A DNA stretch of 64,000 bases from an uncultured bacterium (GTDB lineage: Bacteria; Verrucomicrobiota; Verrucomicrobiia; Limisphaerales; UBA8199). The notes below the pieces were generated by a model. The model was given only the letters and a program-made list of their open reading frames with translations, did no database searches and was not told where the DNA came from. Below are positions 47,873 through 58,197 of this stretch, piece after piece. The stretch covers positions 288,001 through 352,000 of the forward strand of contig CAVVMW010000004.1 in assembly GCA_963749495.1 (NCBI GenBank). Direction: 5' to 3'. Each line of letters opens with the position of its first letter. Position 1 is the first letter of the stretch. The translations under genes were made by a program, and so were the position numbers.

Positions 47873-50800
47873 TCACTGCACTGGGCGTAGCGGGCGGGGC
47901 TGGATGGGAGGAGCGGGGCGGAGGTCGCGGGGCTCTTTGGCGATTTGTTTCAGGAGGTAATCGATGGCGTAATCGAGTTGCACGTCTTTGCCGTGGAGCA
48001 GGCCGTCCGGCTCGAGGTCCAGTTCCACGTCCGGGTCAACGCCATGGCCTTCGATAATCCAGGCCGTGCCTTTGGGGTCCCAGCCGCCGAACTCCGGTTG
48101 CGTGAGCATGCCGCCGTCGCGCAGCGGCTTGTCGCCGCGGATGCCGACCCAGCCGCCCCAAGTGCGCGTGCCGATGACCGGACCGAGTTTGAATTGCTTG
48201 AAGCCCAGGGCGAAGGTCTCGCAATCGCTGCCGCCCTGCCGGTTGATGAGCGCGGCCATGTAACCGCTGAAGGCGCGCGGCGGCTCGGTGTCAACGTTCC
48301 CATAGCGGGTGCCTGTGACGGCCAGGATCTTGCGATCCAGGTGGGCGAGGATCATCGGGGCGACGAACCCGCCGTGGTTCCAGCGGTCGTCCATAATCAG
48401 GCCGCGCTTGCGCCATTGGGGCGGATAATCGCGGGCGAACTGGCGCAGGCCCCGCCCTTGCATATCATAGAGGTGGATGTAGCCGATCTGGCCGTTGCTT
48501 TTCCTGTCCACGTACTCACGGTTCTCGCGGACCCAATCGGCGTAACGGACGCGCGTGTCGTCGCCGACGGTCTTGACGATGATACGGCGCGCCTTGTCGA
48601 GGGAGGGCGTGTCATTGATCGACAGCTCGACCTCCTGGCCGGCGCGATTGGCCAGGCGCTTCAGATAGTCCTCGCCCTTGACGAGCGGTTTGCCGTCGAT
48701 GGCCACCAGCCATTGGCCGGGGCTGATGCGCAGGTCCGGGCGCGCCAGCGGGGAGGTCCAGTTGGGCATGGGGAAATCCCCGCGATAGATTTTTTGGATT
48801 TGCCAGAAGCCGGTGGCCGGGTCGTAGCGCAAATCGGCGGCCAGCAAACCGGTGCCTATTCTCTTGCCGGAACGGATGTCGCCGCCGCCGTGATAGGCGT
48901 GGCTGACGTTGAGTTCGCCGAACATCTCGCCGAGGCAATCAGCCAGGTCCCCGCGCGAGGCGATGCGATCGGCCAGGGAGCCGTATTGCTTCCATACCCC
49001 CTCCCAATCGACGCCGTGCATGTTGGGGTCGTAAAAGAAGTCCCGCTGCAGGCGCCAGGCCTCGTGGAGCATCTGCTTCCATTCCTGGCGCGGATTGACG
49101 GAGAGCGACCAGCCGGAGAGATCGATTTTGGCCTCTTTGGCCTCGTCGTCTTTGGGTGCGGCTGTGGCCCCGGCCTCCAGGCGCGTGAAGCCGTCCTTGG
49201 TCTGGTACACCAGGACCTTGCGGTCCAGGGAGAGGGCGTAGTCCTTCACGCCGGCGGTGACGGTGGAAAGCTTTTCCTTTTCGATGTCGTAGGTCTGGAG
49301 CTCGGCGGCGTGGTCCTCCTCGGGGTCTCCTTCGCCATAGGGCATCATCCCGCGGTTGGGCGCCTTGAGCCAGTGCAATTTGTCTCCTGCCGCGGTCAGG
49401 TCGGAGTAATTGCCCGGGGCGACCGGCACCTGGACGAAGCGATCCACCAGGCCGTCAAAATCAATTCGGATGGGTTCCACCTTTCTTCGTCCTTGGGCTT
49501 CGAATCCTTGGCTTTGTCTTTGTCGCCGCTCTTGTCGGCATCCTTATTCTTGTCCTTGGGGCTCTCGGGAGCGATGTCCCCGCGGGGGGCGAATGGCAGC
49601 GGGGTCTCGGCCTGAAGAGCCAGGACGCACGGGACTGTGGCCTCGTTGACGATGAACCGGGCCTCGGATCGGTCGAGGAACGGGTTGATATAGCGGTCCG
49701 AGAGAAAGTAGAGGTGCTTGCCCTTTGCATCCCAGGCGGGAGACGAGGAATTGTAGGCCGGCTCGGTTGCGGGGTAGCTGCGCCTGGCCTGGGAATCCCA
49801 GATTCGCACCTGGGCGAAGAGGTTTGGCTGCACGGCTTCATAGGCCAAATACCGGCTATCCGGCGACCAGACGTAATGGTTGATCTCCCATTCGGCGCGG
49901 TCCACGGTCAAGCTCTCGCCGGTGGACGCATCGGTCACGCGCAGGCGATAGGTCTGGTCGCCCCAGGCCAGGCGTTTGCCGTCCGGGGACCAGGCCGGGC
50001 GGAAATGCCAGCCGGGCGGCATCGTGCCGATTTGCCGGGGCGGTTGGGAATTGTCCGCTGAGTGCAACAGGAGCTGCTCCTCCCCGTTCACCTCCGTCCA
50101 TGCCGCCACGCTCGTGCCGTCGGGCGAAAAGGCGGGGAACTTGGTGCGGGCGGCGCTGCTCTGGGTAAGCTGGCGAATCAGGCCCTTCTTTTTGGTGCGC
50201 GTGACAAAGAGATCGCCGCGGGTCTCCAGCACGATGCGCTCGCCGTCCTTGGAGAGGGCCCAGGCCGCGAGCCGGGCTGTGGGGTCCACGAACTTCTCGC
50301 GCACTTGCAGGCGGTCGCTCGGGAGCTGAATCGGCACCAGATGGTTCTCGGCCGTGGCAAGGTCATAAACCCAGAGGTCCATCTTGTGTTGATAGACGAC
50401 CTTGCCCTCGCCCATCGAGGGCCAGCGCACGTCATAGTCCTCAAACCGGGTCAGGCGCCTGGCATCGCTGCCGTCGGGATTCATCGAGGCGAGGTTGGGC
50501 CGGCCCCAGCGGTCGGTGACGAAATAGATGCGCCCGTCCGGGGCCCACATCGGAAAGGCGTTCTTGCCGTCGTAATGCGTCACCTCGACGAACTTGCCGT
50601 CCTGGAGGGTGCCGACGTAGATCTTCTCGGCCTCGCCGCCCTTGTAGCGTTTCCAGTTGTGGAATTCGAGGCCGAGCTTCTGGAAGGCGACGCGCTCGCC
50701 GTTGGGCTCGAAGCTAATCCAGGCGGCGGGTTCCAATGGGATCAACGCCGGCAAGCCGCCCTCCGGGGCGATCTTGTAGATGCGAAAGTCGTTGTTGGGC

Positions 50801-51204
50801 GTGTCGCGCCGGCTCCGAAACAGGATCTTGCCCTCGGGACTCCAGCCCAGGGCCTGGTCGGGCGCGGGATGGAACGTGAGGCGGACCGGTTCGCCGCCGG
50901 AGGCGTTCATGACATAGACATCGTCGTTGCCTTCGTACTGGGCGGTGAAGGCGAGGAGGCGGCCGTCGGGGGAGAGTTTGGGAAAGGCCTCTTCGCCTTC
51001 ATAGGCCGTAAGCCGCATGGCGACGCCGCCGGCCAGTGGCACCTTCCAGAGGTCGCCCTCGGCGGCGAAGACAATCGCCCCGCCGCCGATGCTGGGATAT
51101 CGATAAAAGCCATCGGGCAGCGTCTCGGCAGCCGCGGCGGCAACGCCGCGCGAGCACAGCAAAGCAACAGACAGAGCCAGACAAGCCTTTGAGGTGATTT
51201 GCAT
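47873..51204 (-). CDS. Tricorn-like S41 peptidase; frameshift near 49482
   Basis: PD40 propellers (VFAAEGDLW, PKLSPDG), PDZ-like region, GYIHLYDM, RWNHGG, GSDCE, IGTRTWGG, IEGHGVDPD. Confidence 0.93.
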
Positions 51205-51394
51205 GGGTGTAACGTATAGCCCTTTTTGGTCGCAGCGCAAGACCCCAGCGCCTCAGCGCGCCGCGGCCCATTCGGGCGATTCAGGAATCGCACGACCAGC
51301 AGTGCGGACAACCTCGTCGGCGCGTTTCTTCCATGGGGGTTCCACACACGCGGACGAGGGCGTCTGCGCTCGTGTCCTGAATCGGGTCTGGCCG

Positions 51395-51789
51395 CGGCCC
51401 AAAGGGCCGCCAGAACCTAGCCCAGGGCTGAGGCCGTCAGGCCGATGCCCTGGGTTGCGCCCAAGCCGCTGGCTCGCGCCCTGAAAGAATCCCCCAAACG
51501 AATTCGCGCTTTGCGCCCCTGAACTTCGACGTTGCGTCCCCGTCCCGCGTAGCGTTTTGGACTGCGGCAGTCCTCTGCCGCTTTTGTGTCCCCTCGCTGC
51601 CGGCGCGAAAGCGGCAGAGGACTGCCGCAGTCCAAAACCTTCGGACTTGGTGTCGGTTCCTGGGGAGGGCGCCAGAGCCTAAGCCTCTGGCGCCCTTTCA
51701 GGGCGCGCCTAATCCTCCGAGGGCATGTTCCCAGGGCATCGGCCTGACGGCCTCAGCCCTGGGCTAGGTTCTGCCGGCCCTTTGGGCCG
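51395..51789. repeat. Nested REP-like inverted repeats
   Basis: Outer 60-bp arms 51395-51454 / 51730-51789 (59/60 match); CGCGCCCTGAAAG / CTTTCAGGGCGCG; inner perfect 30-bp arms 51555-51584 / 51608-51637. Confidence 0.92.
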
Positions 51790-52002
51790 GGCACGAGCCT
51801 CGCGGATGATGTCGCGCAGCCGGTCGAACTTGCCCGCCTGCCGATCAGCCTCAGCCTCCGCGGACAATTCGTGCCAAAGCCGTTCCTTCTCCACGTGCAA
51901 CAGAAGGCGGTGGAGCAAGAGCAGGCTCTCATCATCCATGGTTTCAATCCGTCGGATGATCTCGGGTCGCAGTTTCTGTGGCTCTAAGACCGTGATGCCC
52001 AT
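51709..52002 (-). CDS. Small antitoxin-like protein whose 3' end runs into the REP arm
   Basis: MGITVLEPQKLRPEIIRRIETMDDESLL...LSAEAEADRQAGKFD; TGGCTT-N17-CATAGT-N6-ATG upstream. Confidence 0.55.
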   Translation of the reverse strand: MGITVLEPQKLRPEIIRRIETMDDESLLLLHRLLLHVEKERLWHELSAEAEADRQAGKFDRLRDIIREARARPKGPAEPSPGLRPSGRCPGNMPSED

Positions 52003-52064
52003 GAGAAAACTATGGGCCAAGCTGCCAGACAAAGCCAGTCGTTTTTCGTGCTTGGTTGTGCTGC

Positions 52065-52473
52065 CGGCGCATCCCGACACCGCCCCGGAGTGCGCCCGTC
52101 CCCGGGCGCAGCAGCGAGGGAGCGGGCGGGCGCGCCGGAGTACTTGACCGCTGCCCTGGCTGCGGACGTCGCTGCGCCCGAGGACGGGCGCACTCCGGTC
52201 CGGCCCCCGGCGGTCGGGGCGGTGTCGCGATACGCGCAATCCGTCAGTGAAGGCGGCAACGGAGTCCCCCGGCGAACCCCTCACCCCAGCCCTCTCCCCT
52301 TCGGAAGGGGAGAGGGAGGATTCTCGGCAGCGGCTTGAGAAGACCGAGACGCCTGGAATTCTCAGAGACTGCCGACACTTCTCCCTCTCCCCTTCGGAAG
52401 GGGAGAGGGTCGGGGTGAGGGGTATGCCCCGGGGTGCCACCCCCGCCTTCACTGAGGCCTCATGGATACGCCC
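52065..52473. mobile_element. Composite nested palindromic insertion (MITE/REPIN-like)
   Basis: Nested pairs 52067/52237, 52085/52198, 52244/52455, 52277/52422; absent from the duplicate site at 58158. Confidence 0.8.
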
Positions 52474-52521
52474 TGGTGTTGCTTGCATTGAACACCCCGG
52501 CGTCGATAGAATGACGGCTGA

Positions 52522-53643
52522 ATGAACGCAATTCCTTTCAACGGCCAATTCTTGAGGCTCGGGAAGTATTCGCTCGGGGTGGGGGATCGGTTTGCGCAAC
52601 AGGCGCGGGCCCAACTCCGGGCCTGCCTCATGGCGGCTGAGAGGGGCGCGCAGGTCGTGCCGGTCTGGAACAAATCCAACCGGGAGCACCTGATTGTCGG
52701 TTCGGAGCCGGGCAGCACCAGGGCAGCGGCGGATGTGGCCGTCCAGGCCCTGGGGTGGACGTTGCCCTACCATGTGGATGCCGACCATATCCGCCTGGAG
52801 ACGGTGGACCGGTTCGTGCCGCACTCGGATTTCTACACGATCGACGTCGCCGACTGGATCGGGCGGGCGGCCGGGGCAGACGCGATTGCGGCCTTCGTGG
52901 GCCGGCACCCGGAGCTGGCCGGACGGCTGGATGTGCCTGGGATGGGGCAGCCGTTGACGGCGACGCGCGACGAGGTTGAGCGCAGCGCAGCCAAATATCT
53001 GCTGGCCGTGCGCGAGGCCGGGAAGGTGTACCGGCATATCGCTCAGGTGAAGGCCCCGAAGCCGTTCATCACCGAGGTGTCGATGGACGAGACCGACAGC
53101 CCGCAGAATCCGCGGGAGTTGCTCGTCATTTTGGCGGCGTTGGCGGACGAAGCCATCCCGGCCCAGACCATCGCGCCCAAGTTCACGGGGCGCTTCAACA
53201 AGGGCGTTGATTATGTGGGCGACATCGCCCAATTCGAGAAGGAGTTCAACCAAGACCTGGCGGTCATCGCCTGGGGCGTCAACCGTTATGGGCTGCCTCC
53301 AACGCTCAAGCTGAGCGTCCATTCCGGGAGTGACAAGTTCTCGCTCTACGCCCCAATGCGGCGCGCTCTCCAACGGTTCGGGGCGGGCCTGCACCTCAAG
53401 ACGGCGGGCACCACCTGGCTGGAGGAAGTGACCGGCCTGGCGGAGGCGGGTGGCGACGGCCTGGCGCTGGCCAAGGAGATCTATTGTGAGGCCGTGGCGC
53501 ACGTGGACGAATTGTGCGCGCCCTACGCCGCGGTGATCGATATTGACCGGGCCAGGCTGCCCACCGCGCAGAGCGTCAAGGGTTGGAGCGCCCAACAATA
53601 CACGGGGGCGCTGCGGCATGACCGGAAGAACCCGGCCAACTAA
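52522..53643 (+). pseudogene. uxaE: Tagaturonate epimerase, 3'-truncated duplicate
   Basis: Near-identical to 58198-59475 but ends at KNPAN*, ~52 aa short. Confidence 0.85.
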
Positions 53644-54163
53644 CTCGCACGGTATGAGAATGGGACTCCCCTGGGCGCGTGGGGCATGCCATGGTGGGGT
53701 TCGGGCACCCACAGTTCATGTTAAACAGGATCGCCTTTTCGAGACGCCGTGCTGCGGCCGTAGGCCGCCAGTATGGCGCAACGAGCGGAAACTCGCGGCA
53801 CCACCGGGCCGGCCAGAGGCGGAAAGACCTAGGTTGGAGCAGACTCTCGCCGCGTCGAAGGAAACCGTCAGGCGCGCCGCCACGAACGCGGTTTTTATGC
53901 TCCTGGGCCTGGGGCGGAGCCCGAGCGGGCTAGATTTCGGCCTCGCGATCGGTGGCTTCCACAGTTTTTAGGGCTGAGCCGCCCGGCCGGGGCCCGGGGC
54001 TGACGGCTCTCACGAAGGGGAGTAATGCCCAGATCAGCTATGCGGCAGTTACGCGTGCGCTGGACCCCGAGCCCGAAGTGAGGACGCCTACGGCGGCGGG
54101 GCTCCACCTGCTGTGCGACGCCACCCGAAGCGGCACTCTCGCTGCTGCGGCAGTTCTACTTGG

Positions 54164-55532
54164 CTAGGGGTACTTGAAATAATAGCGGGTGTAGGTTGTG
54201 TAAGTGCCGTTTGTCGGCCAATAGGGCTGGCAGAGGTACACCCCGTTTTGGTCCGTGTTGTGGTCCACGGTCCACTGCTGCATCCCCAGTTGGTTGTTCA
54301 CATAATATTGCCCGACGTTTGTCTGGATCGTGTTGTAGCCGATGTAGCAGTTCCAAAAGTAATCAGGGGGCCAACCCTGCGCATAGTTGTCGGTGTAAAG
54401 GTTGAGCGCACAGCACTGCCCAGTAGGACTGGTGCCTTGGAATTCAATCGTGTTGTTCGTGATCGTGACGTTCTCTATCGGCTTGTCTTGGTTGGGGGAA
54501 TAATCATTGATGCCGATGCCCGTCGACGGTGGGCAGGACGTGGGGCAGAACAGGTTCCCTGAGATTACAAGGTTGATGATGCCCGGATAGTGGAGGCCGG
54601 TCTCCGAGACCCCCATGCACAGGCCGAAACTCGACATGCCCACGAACTGATTGTTCACGACTGTCACGTTGGTGTTCCCATAGCTGTCGTTGTAGAAGCC
54701 GACCCACCCGCCGCTGCAATTGTTACCCTCGTACGTGGCAGAGTTCGCGCCGGAGGAATTGATGCAGACGCCGACACCAGGGGCATTGCTAATGACGTTG
54801 TTTTGCACAAGGCCGCCTCCGGTGAAGCCAATGCCGTTCAACAGAGCTCCCCCGGCAGCCGCTCACAGTACAGCCGAGCACCTGGTTGCCGGAGGTGCCA
54901 AAATAGCCCATGTAGATAGCCCAGCCCTCATAACCGGGGGGCTGCCAGCCTGCGGCGTCAAGCACCGTCACTCCGCTAACGGTGCAGTTGTTGCCCCAGA
55001 GCTCAATGCCCATGAGCGTGTTCGGGCTGTTCTTGTTAATGTCGCACTCTATCCTGAGATTGCTTATGGTGATCGAATCCACGTTGTTCCAAAAGACACG
55101 GTTGAAACAGCTCTGCACTTGGAGCTGCAGCGTGGTCCCCGCCGGATCACCCATGACGCATTGGTGTGCTTGTGGACAGGCGCGGGGGGAATAGTTGGTG
55201 ATGCCTTGCGTGTAGAAGGTCCCCGGGCCTAGCACAATGGTGTGCCAGGGGCTGGTGCAGTTGTCCATGATGGCGTCAAAGTCGCCCCAATAGGGGTTCG
55301 CCCAGGTTCCCGAGCCGAAGACCCATCCCCGGCCGCAGCTCATTTGGCTGTGATAGTTCGTGAGGTAGATCGGAGGCATGCCAACCAGAGGCCCGATGGC
55401 CGCTGCGGGGTCGGGTGGCGAATTGTCCGCCGCGCCCGCCCCTGGCGGGTTCATGGCGGTGAGCAGGCCGGCAAATGTGGCCACCAGGGCCAGCGTGCGG
55501 GACCATCGAGGTGCGTTTTTTGCTGTGTTCAT
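54164..55532 (-). CDS. Secreted right-handed beta-helix (pectin-lyase-like) protein; frameshift near 54850
   Basis: Signal peptide, IVLGPGTFY, Asn-ladder repeats (VQNNVISN, VTVVNNQF, VISGNLF, ITNNTI); ORFs join at a C5 run. Confidence 0.75.
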
Positions 55533-55908
55533 AAGGGCATGCGATCTTTCTGTTGTCAGTCGGTTAACGCGCCGCGATCGCGCGCCGGAGGCTGGATGAG
55601 CAGCACGGCTGCGCCGACGCACGATCTACGGTAGAGCACCTAATGCTCCACAACAAAGGGCGTGAGTCAAGCAAAAAAAAGGACTTGAACAGGCGGCGCC
55701 TTAGGCTTAACGTGCGCTCATGGAAATTGGCTCTGAGGATGGAATGCTGGCGAAGCGAATGGGCCGGGTGTCCAATCCATCCGGGCGCGATGCCCGAGAA
55801 TGGCTGAAGGTCAATGAGGGACCAGCCCCCCGCCGTGCGAGAGGCTCTTGCCAGCAGCGTTCTTTGTCGAACCGCACACCGGCGCGCCGGTGCCACGGAG
55901 GAGAACAG

Positions 55909-57345
55909 ATGAGAGATTCGCTTTTCCTGCTTGTGGGCTGCGCGCTGTTCTGCGCTGCTATGGCGGCAGCGGCGCAGAATTTTGGTGATTTCACATACGC
56001 GACCAACGGGGGTTCGGCCACCATCACCGGTTACACCGGGTCTGGCGGGGCGGTGGTCATTCCCAGCGCCATTTATGGACTGCCAGTCACCGCCATCGGC
56101 GACAGGGTTTTCTTCTCCATGCCCAGCGTGACCGGCGTCACGATTCCTGCCAGCGTCCGGAGCGTTGGCGAGCTTGCGTTCGACGCGTGCGGCCTGACCA
56201 GCCTCACGATTCCCAACAGTGTCACCAACATCGGGTTGGGCGCGTTCTCTGACTGCGTCGGGCTGACCAACGTCACCATCCCCGAGAGCGTGATCAGCAT
56301 CGGCCTGAATGCCTTCAGGGACTGCACCAATCTCATCACCCCGCCAGCCATATTCAGTTATACGACCGTTGACGGCGCCGTGACGGTCACGGATTGGGAC
56401 GGTTCGGGCAGCGCGGTCGCCTTCCCTAGCGCCATCAATGGCCTCCCGGTGACCGCCATCGGGGACTCGCTCGGAGGGCCCCTTTGGGGCGGGTTTTATC
56501 TGCCTTGGGTGACCAACCTGACCGTTGCCAACGGCGTCGCCCGCATAGGCGACGAGACCTTTTTGGCCGGGGCTTTCACGCAGGTCACCATCCCCGCCAG
56601 CGTCACCAACCTCGGCAAGGAAGTCTTCCAGGCTTGTCCCAACGTCACGGCGATCAACGTTGACGGGCAAAACGCGTTTTACGCCAGCGTCAATGGAGTG
56701 GTGTTCGATAAGAGCCGGATGGCCCTGGTGCAGTGGCCAATGGGGATGGTCGGGAGCTATCGCGTTCCCGACGGCGTCGTGAGCATCGCCGATGGCGCGC
56801 TCGAGGGCTCCGACTTCAGCGGCCTTGGGGCTCTGGTGACCAGCCTCACGTTGCCGAGCAGCCTCACCAGCATCGGCGCGCATGCCTTCGACGCCTGCTA
56901 CGCCCTGACCAACGTCACGATAGCAGGCAGCTTGACCAATCTCGGAGACTACGCGTTCGCGGACTGCCCCTCGTTGAAGTGCTTTTTTTTCATGGGGAAT
57001 GCTCCAAGCCTGTTCCCGCTCAACGCAGTCGCCTATGGCCTCCCCCAGAGGCAGGCGGGAAGAATCTGGTACCTGCCGGGCACGACCGGTTGGGACCGGC
57101 CTCTGGAGGTGTGGGTCTCGCTCTGGGACGCGGATGTGGCGGGCGCCGCGGTCCAAGGGGGTCAATTGACCCTTGAAATCACGGCCACCGGAGGCATTCC
57201 TGTGCTGGTTGAGGCCACCACGAACCTGGCGGCTGCAGCCTGGGTCCCCTTGCGGGCCACCCCGCAGGCGCCGAACCTGTATTATGTCCCTGACCCGCAG
57301 TGGACGAATTACCCGGCCCGCTTTTATCGGGTGCGCCCTTTCTAA
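55909..57345 (+). CDS. BspA-like leucine-rich-repeat (LRR_5) surface protein
   Basis: GGAGGA RBS, signal peptide, LTSLTIPNSVTNIG.AFS.C repeats, C-terminal VEATTNL..W...RFYRV domain. Confidence 0.9.
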   Translation: MRDSLFLLVGCALFCAAMAAAAQNFGDFTYATNGGSATITGYTGSGGAVVIPSAIYGLPVTAIGDRVFFSMPSVTGVTIPASVRSVGELAFDACGLTSLTIPNSVTNIGLGAFSDCVGLTNVTIPESVISIGLNAFRDCTNLITPPAIFSYTTVDGAVTVTDWDGSGSAVAFPSAINGLPVTAIGDSLGGPLWGGFYLPWVTNLTVANGVARIGDETFLAGAFTQVTIPASVTNLGKEVFQACPNVTAINVDGQNAFYASVNGVVFDKSRMALVQWPMGMVGSYRVPDGVVSIADGALEGSDFSGLGALVTSLTLPSSLTSIGAHAFDACYALTNVTIAGSLTNLGDYAFADCPSLKCFFFMGNAPSLFPLNAVAYGLPQRQAGRIWYLPGTTGWDRPLEVWVSLWDADVAGAAVQGGQLTLEITATGGIPVLVEATTNLAAAAWVPLRATPQAPNLYYVPDPQWTNYPARFYRVRPF

Positions 57346-58158
57346 CGGCCTGCTGAGGTCGAGCGCTCTGACCGGTGAGGGCAAACCAGGGATTGGGGGA
57401 AACCCCTTTCCGATCTGCCAATCTGCCACTCCCTCGGGATGCACTCGCGCCACGACCGCGTGGAGGTGCAGGGGTCAGATCTTGTCATAAGGACAAATAG
57501 GGAATGAGGGTAGAGCCCCCTGCTGGTGACTTTGGACGCCTCGTTGCGGGAGCAGAAAAGCTCCGCGTAGTCCGAACTGTCCGCGCTGTCCTTGGACGGA
57601 AGGGCTCCAAGCGGCGCAAAGTGCCCTCCATGAGAGACTCTGGTGATAAGCTCTTGCTAACTCCGCCATGGATCGGCTCTGCGAAGGCCGATCAAGAGCG
57701 CCACTCCCCACAGCCCTGCCGCGGCCACCACCACTTTCAGGCCCTCCAACTGGCCCGGCGCCGCGCCGACCGCATCGAAGCCGAAGCCCAGGCCAGGCAA
57801 GCCGAAGCCGACCGCCGCGCCCGCATCCTCGCCGTAGCCCGCCAGGAGGCCCTCGCCCGGCTCCAGGCCACTGCCGACCTCTCTCTCCGGGCCCAGGCCG
57901 CCGAATTTTCAAACTGCCTGGGCGCCCAAGACGGCGGGCTACAGACCACGAACAGTGCGCAGGGGCCACCGACTCCGGACTGCCCACCAGATCCCCCATT
58001 GAAGCGAATCAAAGTCAATTAAAGTCAATGAAACCATTTGCGCTGAAAAAAAGACTCCGTGGAGCACATGCATTCCCAGCCCGGGTGAACAGTTGCGAGA
58101 AATCTATGCGCGAAGCCGCCAGGCAAAGCCAGTCGTTTTTCGTGCCCGGTTGTGCTGC

Positions 58159-58188
58159 TTGCATTGAACACCCCGGCGTTGATAGAAT
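58159..58188 (+). promoter_or_regulatory. Putative uxaE promoter (duplicated at 52483-52512)
   Basis: TTGCAT-N18-TAGAAT ending 9 nt before the ATG in both copies. Confidence 0.5.
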
Positions 58189-58197
58189 GACGGCGGA

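Noticed and set aside
57378..57430. c-di-GMP-I riboswitch (GGCAAACC...GAAA)
   Set aside because: The downstream GGGACGCAAAG/P2 element is missing and the site lies just after a stop codon.
29234..57453. Long antisense ORFs (e.g. 29234-30652, 36042-38369, 47945-49615, 51709-53712, 55564-57453)
   Set aside because: They are shadows of real high-GC genes on the opposite strand with no recognisable motifs, apart from the 51709-52002 portion reported separately.
57504..58022. 172-aa ORF with an Ala/Arg-rich helical segment as a real gene
   Set aside because: The N-terminal half looks mosaic with no clear start and no family was recognised; probably a remnant.
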